DNA of 64,000 nucleotides from Candidatus Poriferihabitaceae bacterium (GCA_965214625.1 OZ243962.1:491324-555323), one strand, 5' to 3'; shown: positions 41,349-52,648, counted from the stretch's first letter. The notes: generated from the sequence alone by a model not told the origin. Numbers and translations are program-made.

Positions 41349-41672
41349 CTACTTGCCTCCATCCACTCTCTTTTTGAGGTTGACACCGGGTTTGAAATGC
41401 GGCACATATTTTTCCGGGACCATCACTTTTTCGCCCGTTTTTGGATTTCGTCCAATACGCGGGGGGCGGTAATGCAATGTCATGCTGCCAAACCCCCTGA
41501 TCTCGACCCGATTGCCAACCGCCAGCCCGGAAGACAGGTGCTTGAGAATCGTATTCACCGCCAGTTCAACATCTTGTTCTGATAAGTGCACTTGCTCAGC
41601 AGTGATATCAGCCACCAGGTCCGATTTGGTCAAAGCAGGTTGTACCAGTGCCTTCTTATCGTCAAACAACAT
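41349..41672 (-). CDS. ihfB: integration host factor subunit beta
   Basis: LTKSDLVADI...[41 protein letters not shown]. The true start may be the internal TTG that gives (M)TKSDL. Confidence 0.92.
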   Translation of the reverse strand: MLFDDKKALVQPALTKSDLVADITAEQVHLSEQDVELAVNTILKHLSSGLAVGNRVEIRGFGSMTLHYRPPRIGRNPKTGEKVMVPEKYVPHFKPGVNLKKRVDGGK

Positions 41673-41689
41673 GCTTACTGGCCCCCCTG

Positions 41690-43366
41690 TCAGGAAGATT
41701 GCTTGTTCAGCTGCGCTTTGAGCTTGTCACCCAAGGACACACTCCCCATACTGGAATCGCGCGCGTATTCCTGAACTGCCTCTCCCTCCAACTCCATCTC
41801 ACGTACCTTGATTGACAGCACGATCCGTCGGTCTTTCCTTTCTATACTGGTGATTTTTGCTTCAATTTCATCACCCTGATTGAGAACGGTTCTGGCATCT
41901 TCAATCCGGTCCCGCGAAATTTCAGAGACACGCAGATAGCCCTCGATATTGGGCGCGAGCTCGATGGTTGCCCCCTTCGCTGTAATTTCCTTGACCTGTC
42001 CCTTCACGGTACTGCCTTTCCCATTTTCTGTCACATAGGCAGCAAAAGGATCTTCACTTGCCTGTTTCAGTCCAAGGGAAATCCTTTCTCTTTCAGCATC
42101 CACAGCAAGCACCACCACGGTCAACTCATCACCCTTCTTATATTCCGTCACGACTTCTTCACCCGGACGATTCCATGACAGGTCAGACAGATGCACCAGT
42201 CCATCGATCCCCCCTTCAACACCAATAAATATCCCGAAATCCGTGATCGAGCGAATCCGTCCCGTCATCACGTTCCCTTTTTTATGCGTGGCAGCGAATT
42301 CTTCCCATGGATTCGGGGTACATTGCTTCATCCCCAGTGAAATCCTGCGCCGTTCCGGGTCAATATCAAGCACCATGACTTCGACATCATCACCCAGACG
42401 ACACACCCGGCCGGGATGAATGTTCTTGTTCGTCCAGTCCATTTCGGACAAGTGAACCAGTCCTTCGACCCCTTCTTCCAATTCCACAAATGCACCGTAA
42501 TCAGTGATATTGGTGACCTTGCCGAAAAGACGGGTATCAACCGGATAACGACGTCCCAAATCGAGCCACGGATCCTCACCGAGTTGTTTCAAACCGAGTG
42601 AAACACGGCATTGTGCCTTGTCGAACTTAAGCACCCTGACATCAATCTCATCACCAACATTCAGCACCTCTGACGGATGCCTGACCCGTTTCCATGCAAG
42701 ATCAGTGATGTGCAGCAAACCATCCAGACCGCCCAGATTGACAAACGCCCCATAATCGGTCAGATTTTTGACAATCCCCTTGACGATTTGGCCCTCTTCC
42801 AGCGTATCGAGTAATTTTTCCTTCTCTTCACTCAATTCATGCTCTACGATGGCCCGTCTTGATACCACAATGTTATTGCGTGACTGATCAAGCTTAATAA
42901 TCTTGAACTCCAGTTCCCGACCTTCAATGTAGGAAGAGTCCTTGATGGGACGAACATCCACCAGTGACCCGGGCAGAAAAGCCCGCAGATTATTGACATC
43001 GACGGTAAATCCGCCTTTGACCTTGCCGGTGATCATGCCGGTGACGATTTCATCTTGTTCGTACGCCTTGAACAACTCATCCCAGGCCCGTGCCCGCATC
43101 GCCCGCTCCCGGGACACCTTGGTATTTCCCGTGCCGTCTTCCACCGCCTCAAGCGCAACCTCGACCTGATCGCCAACCTTGACGGTCAACTCACCGGCTG
43201 CATTCTTGAACTCGACCGCCGGAATCTCGGCATCTGACTTCAGCCCGGCACTGACGACAACATAGTCATCATTGGCTTCCACCACATCACCGATAATGAC
43301 TTCACCAGGTCGCATGACCACATTGGCCATACTCTCCTCTAATAATGCCGCAAAATTCTCTGTCAT
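41690..43366 (-). CDS. rpsA: 30S ribosomal protein S1
   Basis: 558 aa with six S1 repeats. N-terminus [13 protein letters not shown]... There is no Shine-Dalgarno sequence in the 20 nt before the ATG, as is known for rpsA. Confidence 0.96.
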   Translation of the reverse strand: MTENFAALLEESMANVVMRPGEVIIGDVVEANDDYVVVSAGLKSDAEIPAVEFKNAAGELTVKVGDQVEVALEAVEDGTGNTKVSRERAMRARAWDELFKAYEQDEIVTGMITGKVKGGFTVDVNNLRAFLPGSLVDVRPIKDSSYIEGRELEFKIIKLDQSRNNIVVSRRAIVEHELSEEKEKLLDTLEEGQIVKGIVKNLTDYGAFVNLGGLDGLLHITDLAWKRVRHPSEVLNVGDEIDVRVLKFDKAQCRVSLGLKQLGEDPWLDLGRRYPVDTRLFGKVTNITDYGAFVELEEGVEGLVHLSEMDWTNKNIHPGRVCRLGDDVEVMVLDIDPERRRISLGMKQCTPNPWEEFAATHKKGNVMTGRIRSITDFGIFIGVEGGIDGLVHLSDLSWNRPGEEVVTEYKKGDELTVVVLAVDAERERISLGLKQASEDPFAAYVTENGKGSTVKGQVKEITAKGATIELAPNIEGYLRVSEISRDRIEDARTVLNQGDEIEAKITSIERKDRRIVLSIKVREMELEGEAVQEYARDSSMGSVSLGDKLKAQLNKQSS

Positions 43367-43628
43367 GATGATTTACTTGACCCAGTAACAGATCGATGTC
43401 ATCGACACAAACATCGTTGAGACTGTTACTAATTAATAATAAATTAAACTGTTTACTTTCAAGCCTTGCCAACCACAAAACAGCAAGACTCACCTAGTAC
43501 GACGTCGCAGTCCAACGTCAGTCATCCCCCCAATCCGATTTACTCATCCGATTCAAGACAGATGTCCATACAACGCATTTGCGCAAACCTTGCCAGGAGT
43601 GCGACTTCACTCGACCTCAACCGAACCA

Positions 43629-44312
43629 CTATCGTTCACCGCCTTTCTTCGATACGGACACGCAGACCTGCATGACTTTGGACACCACTTGTTGCACATC
43701 CAGCCCGGTAGTATCAAGATGGACTGCATCTGCAGCCGGTTTCAACGGTGATACCCTGCGGTTGATGTCACGACGGTCCCGCTCGGCAATCTCCCGCAAA
43801 AGATCGGCTATGGTAACAGCAAAACCCTTACCTCTCAACTGTTTAAAACGCCTTTGAGCCCGCGCCTCGACACTGGCGGTCAGATAGATTTTACAGTCCG
43901 CCTTCGGAAAAACAACCGTTCCCATGTCCCGCCCATCTGCAACCAAACCCGGTCTCTTTGCACATTGTCTTTGCCACGTCAGCAGGGCTTGCCGCACACC
44001 GCCGAGCGCCGCCAGTTTGGACGCACGCCCCCCTGCCGATTCAGTTCGGATCTCCGATTCCAGCGATTTTCCGGCAAACCTGACCTGTCCACCCTCAAAT
44101 TCAATCTCCATTTGATCGATCAGTGAGATCAGCGCACACTCATCCGTCAGCGCAACTTGCTGTTGGTCTGCCAGCCAACCCAGTACCCGGTAGAGTGCAC
44201 CACTGTCAAGGTAATGCCACTTCAACCGTTTGGCGATGTGCTGGGCAACCGTGCCTTTCCCGGAGCCACTCGGACCGTCAATCGTCAACACGGGGACACT
44301 AGCACACATCAA
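43629..44312 (-). CDS. cmk: cytidylate kinase
   Basis: VLTIDGPSGSGKGTVAQHIAKRLKWHYLDSGALYR. Confidence 0.93.
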   Translation of the reverse strand: MMCASVPVLTIDGPSGSGKGTVAQHIAKRLKWHYLDSGALYRVLGWLADQQQVALTDECALISLIDQMEIEFEGGQVRFAGKSLESEIRTESAGGRASKLAALGGVRQALLTWQRQCAKRPGLVADGRDMGTVVFPKADCKIYLTASVEARAQRRFKQLRGKGFAVTIADLLREIAERDRRDINRRVSPLKPAADAVHLDTTGLDVQQVVSKVMQVCVSVSKKGGER

Positions 44313-45594
44313 TCGTCATCCCGACCCGATTGGCCAACGTGCGAAAATCAGGGAAAGAGGTCGCAACATTGGCACAATCGAGAATCTCGACCTGGTCACT
44401 TGCAACTGCGCCTGCCACACTGAAGGCCATTGCGATCCGGTGGTCACCCTCACTTGAAACCTGCCCCCCGGAAAACCGACCACCTTCAATATCCAGTCCA
44501 TCGTCGTATTCCTGTACGGTGACTCCAAGTGCTCTCAATCCATTCACGATACTGCGGATACGATCACTTTCCTTCACTCTGAGCTCTTTGGCACCCCGAA
44601 TACGCGTCACCCCCTCGGCACATCCTGCCGCGATGGCGACAGCCGGAATCTCATCAATCGCCAAGGCAACTTCCTCGCCACCAATATCACAACCTTTCAA
44701 AGAAGAGCTCTTGACCAGCAGGTCGGCAACGGGCTCTCCGCCGATCTCCGTTTCATTGAGACTTTCAATACACCCTCCCATCTTCAACAGGATCGCAAGC
44801 ACCCCGTTTCTTGTCGGATTTACCCCCACTTTCGTCAACCGCAGTTCACTATCCGGAACAACCAAGCCGGCGACCATGAAAAACGCCGCCGACGACAGGT
44901 CGGCCGGCACACTGAATTCACCGCCGTGCAAAACCCCGTTCTGGCCCAATCTGATCGACTGGTTCTGCCGGTGAACGGGATACCCCCATCCCCGCAGCAT
45001 CCTTTCGGTATGATCCCGGGTCGTGATCCGTTCGGTAATAACCGTCTCACCCTGTGCATAGAGGCCTGCCAGCAACAAGCAGGATTTTACCTGGGCACTG
45101 GCAACCGGCAACGTATAGTGGATACCCTCAAGTCGTGAAACAGGATGGATTGTGAGTGGTGGCCGCCCATCACGAGCACAGATCGATGCTCCCATTTTCT
45201 CCAGCGGGCGGATAATCCGGTTCATCGGACGCTCAGACAGCGATGCATCTCCAACCAATTGCGACGGCCACGGCTGTCCCGCCAGCAATCCGGTCAACAG
45301 CCGAAAGGCGGTGCCGGAATTACCCAGATCAAGCACATCTTCAGGCGGCATCAGACCAGCAAGACCCACGCCCTGTATCTCGTAATCTCCGGGGCCGATA
45401 CGATTGATCGCGACTCCCATGTCCCTAAACGCGGTCATCGTTGCGAACACATCCTCACTTTCCAGCAAGCCGCTGACTCGAGTCCAACCCTGTGCAATCG
45501 AGCCGAGAATCACCATCCGATGAGAGATCGATTTATCCGCGGCCACACCGATTTGGCCTGCCAGCGCATCAACAGGCAATGAGAAAAATTTCAT
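44299..45594 (-). CDS. aroA: 3-phosphoshikimate 1-carboxyvinyltransferase (EPSP synthase)
   Basis: 431 aa with ADKSISHR, LDLGNSGTAFRLLTGLLAG and DHRIAMAFSVAG. Confidence 0.95.
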   Translation of the reverse strand: MKFFSLPVDALAGQIGVAADKSISHRMVILGSIAQGWTRVSGLLESEDVFATMTAFRDMGVAINRIGPGDYEIQGVGLAGLMPPEDVLDLGNSGTAFRLLTGLLAGQPWPSQLVGDASLSERPMNRIIRPLEKMGASICARDGRPPLTIHPVSRLEGIHYTLPVASAQVKSCLLLAGLYAQGETVITERITTRDHTERMLRGWGYPVHRQNQSIRLGQNGVLHGGEFSVPADLSSAAFFMVAGLVVPDSELRLTKVGVNPTRNGVLAILLKMGGCIESLNETEIGGEPVADLLVKSSSLKGCDIGGEEVALAIDEIPAVAIAAGCAEGVTRIRGAKELRVKESDRIRSIVNGLRALGVTVQEYDDGLDIEGGRFSGGQVSSEGDHRIAMAFSVAGAVASDQVEILDCANVATSFPDFRTLANRVGMTIDVC

Positions 45595-46508
45595 CCCAGA
45601 TCATCCGGCAAAATGGCGGTATCCGATTTGCCCCGTTCGTCCGTCACCCGGGCCCGAGCCTGCTTCGACGCGGCAAACAGGGTCTCCAATGCCGCGCCAT
45701 CGCCCTGTTCGATCAACATCGCGATAGATTCCAGCTGACGTTGGAATTTCGTCAGATGGGCCAGTAACGGCGCCTTGTTCATCAGCATGATGTCGCGCCA
45801 CATTTCAGGATCACTCGACGCCGTTCGGGTGAAGTCATAAAAGCCGCCGGCCGCCATTTCATAGCAGACGGACCGGTCGTCTGAACTGGCAAGAAAATCC
45901 ATCATCGCGTAGGCAAGCACATGGGGCAAATGGCTTGTAATGCCAAGCACTCGATCATGTACGGCGACGTCCATGATCCGAATTTCGGCACCCACGGTTT
46001 GCCACAACCCGCCGACCAGCGCACACGCATCACGATCCGTATCGGGCAATGGGGTGAGTACAACCTTGTGTCCGTCAAACAAGTCCGCCTTCGCCGCCCG
46101 AACCCCTGATTTCTCTCTGCCCGCGATGGGATGCCCGGGCACAAATCGGCTGAATCGTTCCTTCAGACAGGCTCTTGCTGTCGTCACAATCGCCGATTTA
46201 ACACTGCCCACATCGGTAACCACCTTCTTTTCCGTCACTGCCGGATGGATCCGGGTCAGCAACTCGGCAACGGTGTTCACCGGTGTGGCCAGCACCACCA
46301 GGTCCGCCGCCTCGACCGCCTTGATCGGATCGTACTCGATATCATCAATGACATTGAGCTTTAATGCCGTTTGCAGATTTGCCTCGGATCGTCCCACTCC
46401 AATGACCCGGCCCACTGATTGGGACCGTTTAAGCGCGATCGACAGCGAACCGCCGATCAGGCCGACCCCGAATACCGCCATAGTGGGAACAAACAAGTGC
46501 GCAGTCAT
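45591..46508 (-). CDS. tyrA: prephenate/arogenate dehydrogenase
   Basis: 305 aa with the Rossmann motif VFGVGLIGGSLSIAL and GHPIAG. There is a 4-nt overlap with aroA. Here it is a separate gene rather than a fusion. Confidence 0.85.
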   Translation of the reverse strand: MTAHLFVPTMAVFGVGLIGGSLSIALKRSQSVGRVIGVGRSEANLQTALKLNVIDDIEYDPIKAVEAADLVVLATPVNTVAELLTRIHPAVTEKKVVTDVGSVKSAIVTTARACLKERFSRFVPGHPIAGREKSGVRAAKADLFDGHKVVLTPLPDTDRDACALVGGLWQTVGAEIRIMDVAVHDRVLGITSHLPHVLAYAMMDFLASSDDRSVCYEMAAGGFYDFTRTASSDPEMWRDIMLMNKAPLLAHLTKFQRQLESIAMLIEQGDGAALETLFAASKQARARVTDERGKSDTAILPDDLG

Positions 46509-46587
46509 ACGTGGTTAAATCCGAACGACCGGTCCGTCACAAGACACTCGAACTTGGACCGGGCTACAACTGCAGGACACAACCATT

Positions 46588-47685
46588 TCAACGGGAAATC
46601 GGATAAGAGCCAAGATGCTTGAATAGCCCGGCTTCCTCCTTGAGCTGTGCCAATGCTTTCGACACCACCTCCTCTTCCGCATGCCCCTTGATATCGATAA
46701 AGAAAACATATTCCCAAAGACCGGTTCTTGAAGGCCGGGATTCGATTTTTGTCATGTCAATCTTGTGGTGTGATAACGGCTTGAGCAGATGGAACAACGC
46801 ACCCGGACGATGTCGACAGGACAGCAACAAACTGGTCTTGTCATGGCCACTCGGTGGCGTCGGTTGTTTGGCCAACACCAGAAACCGGGTGGTATTTCCC
46901 GGTTCATCTTCAATATTCTTGGCCAGTATCTTAAGACCGTACAATTCCGCAGCGGTCGTGCCGGCAATCGCCAGTGCGTTACGCTCATCGCAGACCCTTT
47001 TCGCTGCTTCTGCATTACTGCTTACCGGTGTCAATTCGGCATGCTTCAGATGCGTACTCAGCCAGCGTTTGCACTGCGCCAGCGATTGGATGTGCGCATA
47101 AACAGTCTTGACCTCGGTGGCCTCGCTGTCCCGGCCCATCAGATTATGGTGAATTTCCAGATTAATCTCACCGCAAATGGACAGGGAAGTATTGATCAGT
47201 CGATCCAGTGTGGCATTCACCCCACCCTCGGACGAGTTTTCAACCGGTACCACGGCAAACTGGGTGTGACCCGTTTCGGTGGCTCGGAATATTTCATCAA
47301 TCGTCGCCAGCGGGACAATCTCAATACTGTTGCCGAAATGCTGCCTTGCCGCCGATTCCGTATAAGTGCCCGACGGCCCGAGAACCGAAACCGTCAGCGC
47401 TATCTCGGTCGACCGGGTGATCGATATAATTTCCCTGAACAGCCGTTCGATCGCCGTTTTCTCAATCCGCCCGGCATTTAATTCCTGCAGCCGCCGCAAC
47501 ACCTGTGCTTCTCGCTCCGAGCGATAGAATACCGGTTCTGAAACTTGCGACTTGATTTCCAGGATCGACTGTGCTGCCGTAATCCGCTGATGCATCAAAT
47601 CCAGAATCTGTGCATCAATCTCGTCTATCTTGTCCCGATAAACACCCAGTGCTTTTTCGATACTCTGGTTCAATGCAATTGCCAC
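46588..47685 (-). CDS. pheA: bifunctional chorismate mutase / prephenate dehydratase (P-protein)
   Basis: 365 aa with an N-terminal CM domain (YRDKIDEIDAQILDLMHQR), a PDT domain (VSVLGPSGTYTE...) and a C-terminal ACT domain (ESRPSR...WEYVFFID). Confidence 0.93.
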   Translation of the reverse strand: MAIALNQSIEKALGVYRDKIDEIDAQILDLMHQRITAAQSILEIKSQVSEPVFYRSEREAQVLRRLQELNAGRIEKTAIERLFREIISITRSTEIALTVSVLGPSGTYTESAARQHFGNSIEIVPLATIDEIFRATETGHTQFAVVPVENSSEGGVNATLDRLINTSLSICGEINLEIHHNLMGRDSEATEVKTVYAHIQSLAQCKRWLSTHLKHAELTPVSSNAEAAKRVCDERNALAIAGTTAAELYGLKILAKNIEDEPGNTTRFLVLAKQPTPPSGHDKTSLLLSCRHRPGALFHLLKPLSHHKIDMTKIESRPSRTGLWEYVFFIDIKGHAEEEVVSKALAQLKEEAGLFKHLGSYPISR

Positions 47686-47708
47686 CGGGTCATCTGAAAA
47701 AAAGCGAT

Positions 47709-50315
47709 CTAGTGAAGGGGGCGTTCAACCGATACGTCCTCGGCCTCGGTATCCGAATCAACGACCCTGCTGACTGACACCAACCGCTCATCCGGTTTGA
47801 GGGAGATCAATCTGACTCCCTGGGTATTGCGTCCCTGTAGCGATATTTCCGATGCCCGGGTCCGGATCAGGATGCCACCCTCTGTAATCAACATCACTTC
47901 GTCACTGTGGGTCACAGCCAAGGCACTCACGACCTGACCATTCCGTACGGATGTCTTGATCGCAATAACCCCCTTGACTCCCCTGCGCTTACAAGGGAAG
48001 TCGACAACCGGCGACCGTTTACCGTATCCGTGCTCGGTACTCGTCAGAATCGACAGCACCGGCTCATTGGAATATTTGCCTTCTTCATTCGTCACCACCA
48101 GCAGCGAAATCACCCGTTGTCCCGGTGCCAGTCGAATCCCTTTGACTCCTCGGGCGACTCGACCCATCACCCGGACATCCTTTTCCGAGAACCGGGCCGC
48201 CCGACCCACATCACTGATCAATATCACATCCTGATCACCATCCGTCAACGCCACCCCGATCAGATGATCATGTGGCGCTAGGCGGGCGGCAATGATCCCG
48301 CCGGCGCGGGGACGGGAAAAGTCCTGCAGTCGACACTTTTTGATGATACCCCGGGCCGTCGCCATAATGAGGGTCTTGCCTTCCTCATAGTTCTGTATGG
48401 GTAAAACGGCGGTCACCTGTTCATCTGCACTGAGTGACAGCAAATTGACCAATGGCCTGCCTCGCGCCTGTCGCCCGGCCTGGGGCAATTGAAACACCTT
48501 TAGCCAGTAGACTTTCCCGGAATTAGAAAAACACAGTATGGTATCGTGAGAATTGGCGACAAACATCCGACTGACAAAGTCTGCCTCCTTGGTTCGGGTC
48601 GCGATACGCCCCTTTCCGCCTCGTTTCTGCGCACCATAGTCGGCCACCGGCTGTGATTTTGCATACCCGGCATGGGAAATGGTGACCACCATCTCTTCCT
48701 CTGGAATCAGGTCCTCCATGGACAAATCCAGTTGCTGATCAAGAATCTGGGTTCGCCTGTCCTCGCCAAAGCGATCCCGAATTGCCTCGAGTTCCTCGGT
48801 AATCACCTCCATCAACCGGTCCGGATCTTGCAAAATATCGAGCAGTGACAAGATCTTGTCGATGATGTCGGCATATTCATTATGGATTTTTTCCTGCTCA
48901 AGACCAGTGAGCCGATGTAACCTGAGATCAAGAATCGCCTGTGCTTGTCTCGGTGACAAGCGATACCCCGACTCGGTCATACCATAGGCCGCATCAAGCC
49001 CTTCCGGTCGCGAGATGTCCGCATGACTGCGAGCCAGCATCTGGGAGACAACAGCCGATTGCCAATGTCTCGACAACAGCGCCGCCTTAGCTTCTGCAGG
49101 CTGTCTGGCGGCTTTGATCAGCGCAATCACCGAATCGATATTGGTCAATGACACCGCCAGCCCCTCCAGCAAATGTGAACGCTCCCGGGCCTTGCGCAAT
49201 TCATACAGAGTGCGACGGGTGACCACTTCCCGTCTGTGGTGCACAAACTCCTCAAGGAGTGCCTTGAGACCAAACAGTTTCGGTTGATTCTTGCTCAAGG
49301 CAACCATGTTGATCCCGAAGACAGATTGCATCTGGGTATGCTTGAACAGGTTGTTTAACACCACTTCGGCCTGTTCTCCACGTTTCACTTCAATGACCAT
49401 CCGCATACCCGATTTGTCGGATTCATCGCGTATCGCAGAAATCCCTTCCAAACGCTTGTTTTTCACCAACTCGGCAATTTTCTCCATCAGACGTGCCTTG
49501 TTGACCTGGTAGGGCAATTCATGAACGATAATCGATTCCCGATTGTTTGCCGACTGCTCAATCTCGGTGCGGGCCCGGACATAGATACGTCCGCGGCCGG
49601 TTTCGTATGCTTGCCGGATTCCTGCCCACCCATTGATAACACCGGCCGTTGGAAAATCCGGGCCGGGCAAGTGTGACATCAGTTCCGTGACACTGATCTC
49701 GCTGTTCTCAATCAACGCGAGACACGCATTGATCGTTTCGGACAGATTATGGGGGGGGATATTGGTCGCCATACCCACTGCAATCCCCGAAGACCCGTTG
49801 ATCAATAAATTCGGCACCCGGGTTGGCAACACCAGCGGCTGGGTTTCAGTCTCATCATAATTGGGGCCAAAGTCGACTGTTTCCTTGTCCAGGTCCGAGA
49901 GAAGTTCATGGGAAATGCGTGCCAGCCGAATCTCCGTGTAACGCATGGCAGCCGGCGAATCGCCATCCACCGATCCGAAATTTCCCTGGCCATCAATCAG
50001 CATATATCTCATCGAAAAATCCTGGGCCATGCGGACAATGGTGTCATAAACCGCGGTATCACCGTGAGGGTGATACTTCCCGATCACATCCCCGACGACC
50101 CTGGCTGATTTTTTGTATGCCTTGTTCCAGTCGTTGCCCAATACCGACATCGCATACAACACCCGCCGGTGAACGGGTTTCAAACCGTCTCTTACATCAG
50201 GCAGCGCACGACCCACGATCACGCTCATCGCGTAATCGAGATACGACTTTCTCATCTCTTTTTCAAGATTAGCCGGAAAGGTTTCTTTCGCAAAAGGGGT
50301 CTGGATGACTGCCAC
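47709..50315 (-). CDS. gyrA: DNA gyrase subunit A
   Basis: 868 aa with [33 protein letters not shown] and AAMRYTE, which holds the active-site Tyr. Confidence 0.97.
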   Translation of the reverse strand: MAVIQTPFAKETFPANLEKEMRKSYLDYAMSVIVGRALPDVRDGLKPVHRRVLYAMSVLGNDWNKAYKKSARVVGDVIGKYHPHGDTAVYDTIVRMAQDFSMRYMLIDGQGNFGSVDGDSPAAMRYTEIRLARISHELLSDLDKETVDFGPNYDETETQPLVLPTRVPNLLINGSSGIAVGMATNIPPHNLSETINACLALIENSEISVTELMSHLPGPDFPTAGVINGWAGIRQAYETGRGRIYVRARTEIEQSANNRESIIVHELPYQVNKARLMEKIAELVKNKRLEGISAIRDESDKSGMRMVIEVKRGEQAEVVLNNLFKHTQMQSVFGINMVALSKNQPKLFGLKALLEEFVHHRREVVTRRTLYELRKARERSHLLEGLAVSLTNIDSVIALIKAARQPAEAKAALLSRHWQSAVVSQMLARSHADISRPEGLDAAYGMTESGYRLSPRQAQAILDLRLHRLTGLEQEKIHNEYADIIDKILSLLDILQDPDRLMEVITEELEAIRDRFGEDRRTQILDQQLDLSMEDLIPEEEMVVTISHAGYAKSQPVADYGAQKRGGKGRIATRTKEADFVSRMFVANSHDTILCFSNSGKVYWLKVFQLPQAGRQARGRPLVNLLSLSADEQVTAVLPIQNYEEGKTLIMATARGIIKKCRLQDFSRPRAGGIIAARLAPHDHLIGVALTDGDQDVILISDVGRAARFSEKDVRVMGRVARGVKGIRLAPGQRVISLLVVTNEEGKYSNEPVLSILTSTEHGYGKRSPVVDFPCKRRGVKGVIAIKTSVRNGQVVSALAVTHSDEVMLITEGGILIRTRASEISLQGRNTQGVRLISLKPDERLVSVSRVVDSDTEAEDVSVERPLH

Positions 50316-50682
50316 GCAACCGTACTCGTTGTTTACAACATCATAATTGACAAGATCGCTAACAAACTGCTGAACAGGTGCATCGCACCATGATCAGAAA
50401 GTCGTCAATCACTGAACTTAAAAAGAGCCGATTTTAACACATCAAGACAATGCATTCGCTGTCGATTTTGCACTGACCGAAAGGCGGTTTTACGATCACA
50501 AGCCGGGGTGATCCGAGTGCTTTTGCATTACTGCCTAAGTCCGGCAAAACAGGAGGCCCTGTTGTCTCGGTGTCGCACAAGGGGTTTGAACGGTACATCT
50601 CCATCAGTCGTCCCACAGAGCGGAACCACAGTCGCCTTTCCCAATGGATGGACTGTCGACAACCCGTGATCGACAGTGGGTC

Positions 50683-51903
50683 TCAGTTCGATTCTGTTAC
50701 CGGAATATCATTCCACAGACCGATATAGCGTGATTGTGATTCCATCCATCCCCGGTCTGCAGGCTTCATTTTGACGGTCATGGTGTAAGCCCCCTCCTCG
50801 TCGACTTTTTCATCGAGCACATCGCATCGATGATATAGCCTGGAGCGCAACCCCCCCGCTTGAGGCCGCAGATTCAACCGATAAACCTGTTGTCCCCTGC
50901 TCAGGAAATCTCCGATAGCACTGATGAGCAAGGGCAAACCTTCGCCTGTGGCTGCCGAAACCCAGATCTTGTCAACCCAGTTTTCGGCATTGCGCCGGAT
51001 TCTCGCAGGTTCCTTGATCAGATCTATTTTATTGTTGACATGAATCACCGGAACAGCACCTGCGCCAATTTCCTCCAGTACCGACACCACCTGCTCCCGC
51101 AACTCCATCTCTTCGTGGTCAGAAACGTCATTGACCAAAAGCAGACACGAAGCACTGACCACCTCTTCCAGCGTTGAGCGGAACGCAGCCACAAGGCTAT
51201 GTGGCAGGTCTCTCACGAAACCCACCGTATCCGAGAGCACAATCGGCCCAAAACCCGGCACTATCACCTGTCTCATTGTGGGATCCAGGGTCGCAAACAG
51301 TCGGTCTTCCACCGGCACTTCCGCTCCGGTGATTGCATTGAACAGGGACGATTTTCCTGAATTGGTATAACCAACCAGGGAGAGAGTTGGAACCGGTGTC
51401 CGGAGTCTCGCCCGTCTTTGCAATCGGCGCTGGGACTCCACTTTCTGCAAGCGCTGCGACAGGGTCCTGATTCGCTTGCCGATGAGACGCCGATCAGTCT
51501 CCAGTTGCGTTTCCCCCGGACCACGCAGTCCAATCCCCCCTTTTTGCCGTTCCAGATGGGTCCACCCTCTTACCAGTCGGGTCGACAGGTGTTCGAGTTG
51601 GGCCAGTTCGACCTGCAACTTGCCTTCGCGGGAGGTCGCCCTTTGTGCAAAAATATCCAGTATCAGTCCCGTTCGGTCCAGCACCCGGCAGCAAATGACC
51701 TGTTCCAGGTTTCGCTCTTGGATGGGACTGATTTCATGATCGAAAATCACGAGATCCACGGCCAGATGACACACCCGTTCCGCCAGTTCCTGCGCCTTCC
51801 CTTTACCGACGAAGGTGCTTGCCACCGGTTTTGACCGGATCGGCAGAAATACATCACACACGGCTGCCCCGGCAGACTCCGCCAGTGCATGCAGTTCACG
51901 CAA
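50683..51903 (-). CDS. hflX: GTPase HflX (annotated from first canonical start; homologous sequence continues upstream)
   Basis: DRTGLILDIFAQRA, GGIGLRGPGETQLETDRR, and the G1 motif GYTNSGKSSLFN. The TTG at 51903 is the first canonical start. The frame stays open and HflX-like (GYRVIIVRQ) up to the hfq stop; see findings. Confidence 0.9.
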   Translation of the reverse strand: MRELHALAESAGAAVCDVFLPIRSKPVASTFVGKGKAQELAERVCHLAVDLVIFDHEISPIQERNLEQVICCRVLDRTGLILDIFAQRATSREGKLQVELAQLEHLSTRLVRGWTHLERQKGGIGLRGPGETQLETDRRLIGKRIRTLSQRLQKVESQRRLQRRARLRTPVPTLSLVGYTNSGKSSLFNAITGAEVPVEDRLFATLDPTMRQVIVPGFGPIVLSDTVGFVRDLPHSLVAAFRSTLEEVVSASCLLLVNDVSDHEEMELREQVVSVLEEIGAGAVPVIHVNNKIDLIKEPARIRRNAENWVDKIWVSAATGEGLPLLISAIGDFLSRGQQVYRLNLRPQAGGLRSRLYHRCDVLDEKVDEEGAYTMTVKMKPADRGWMESQSRYIGLWNDIPVTESN

Positions 51904-52023
51904 TGGCTGTTCATCTGTTCCGAGGCGCCTTTGAAGCTGCCTGACAATGATGACCCTGTATCCGTTTGAGGGCCCGGACAGCTGATTGTCTAACGAAGAA
52001 AACAGAAGATCGATTTCCTGTTG

Positions 52024-52293
52024 TCAGTAGGGTAAGCCATCGTCCTCTCCTTGGGTGCTGTCATAGGGTATTCTCACGGGCCGAGCGGGCACAATCGTTG
52101 AAATCGCATGTTTGTAAATCATCTGATTAACACTGTTTCTAAGCAGAATCACGAACTGATCAAACGATTCGACATGACCTTGCAGTTTGATACCGTTGAC
52201 CAAGAATATTGAAACGGGGATTCGTTCCTTTCTTAACACGTTCAGGAAAGGATCCTGAAGGGCTACTCCTCTTTGTTGAGCCATCTGATTCAC
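52024..52293 (-). CDS. hfq: RNA chaperone Hfq
   Basis: [62 protein letters not shown]. The start could also be the ATG at 52284 (MAQQRG). Confidence 0.96.
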   Translation of the reverse strand: MNQMAQQRGVALQDPFLNVLRKERIPVSIFLVNGIKLQGHVESFDQFVILLRNSVNQMIYKHAISTIVPARPVRIPYDSTQGEDDGLPY

Positions 52294-52441
52294 CGATATG
52301 AAAGCATTACTGTCGTCTTATAATGTCGTTGATTCCGCAGCCAAACACAAACTGCATTCCACACAGAACCAGCCTCTGCACTTTGACGCACGTACCAATT
52401 AGTCCACACACTGCTTTATCGTACATCTCGTGATCACTGAA

Positions 52442-52450
52442 ATTCTATCA
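52442..52450 (-). promoter_or_regulatory. extended -10-like element TGATAGAAT upstream of hfq (candidate promoter)
   Basis: The minus strand reads ...ttcatcatacaagaattttgTGaTAGAATttcag, about 150 nt upstream of hfq in an AT-rich spacer. The -35 (TTCATC) is weak. Confidence 0.25.
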
Positions 52451-52648
52451 CAAAATTCTTGTATGATGAACCAAAAACATATACTCAAACCCTGTTTTAT
52501 CATAATAGATAATTGATTTTTAATGTATTTTCTTCTTTCAGCCTTTCCCTCGGCATGCCATGAAAATACGTACTTTGATCCCTGGTAGTTCGGTTAACCG
52601 TGCTTGCGACCACCCCCTCTTTCGATGCTGTCGCAACCTCGTCTGTCG

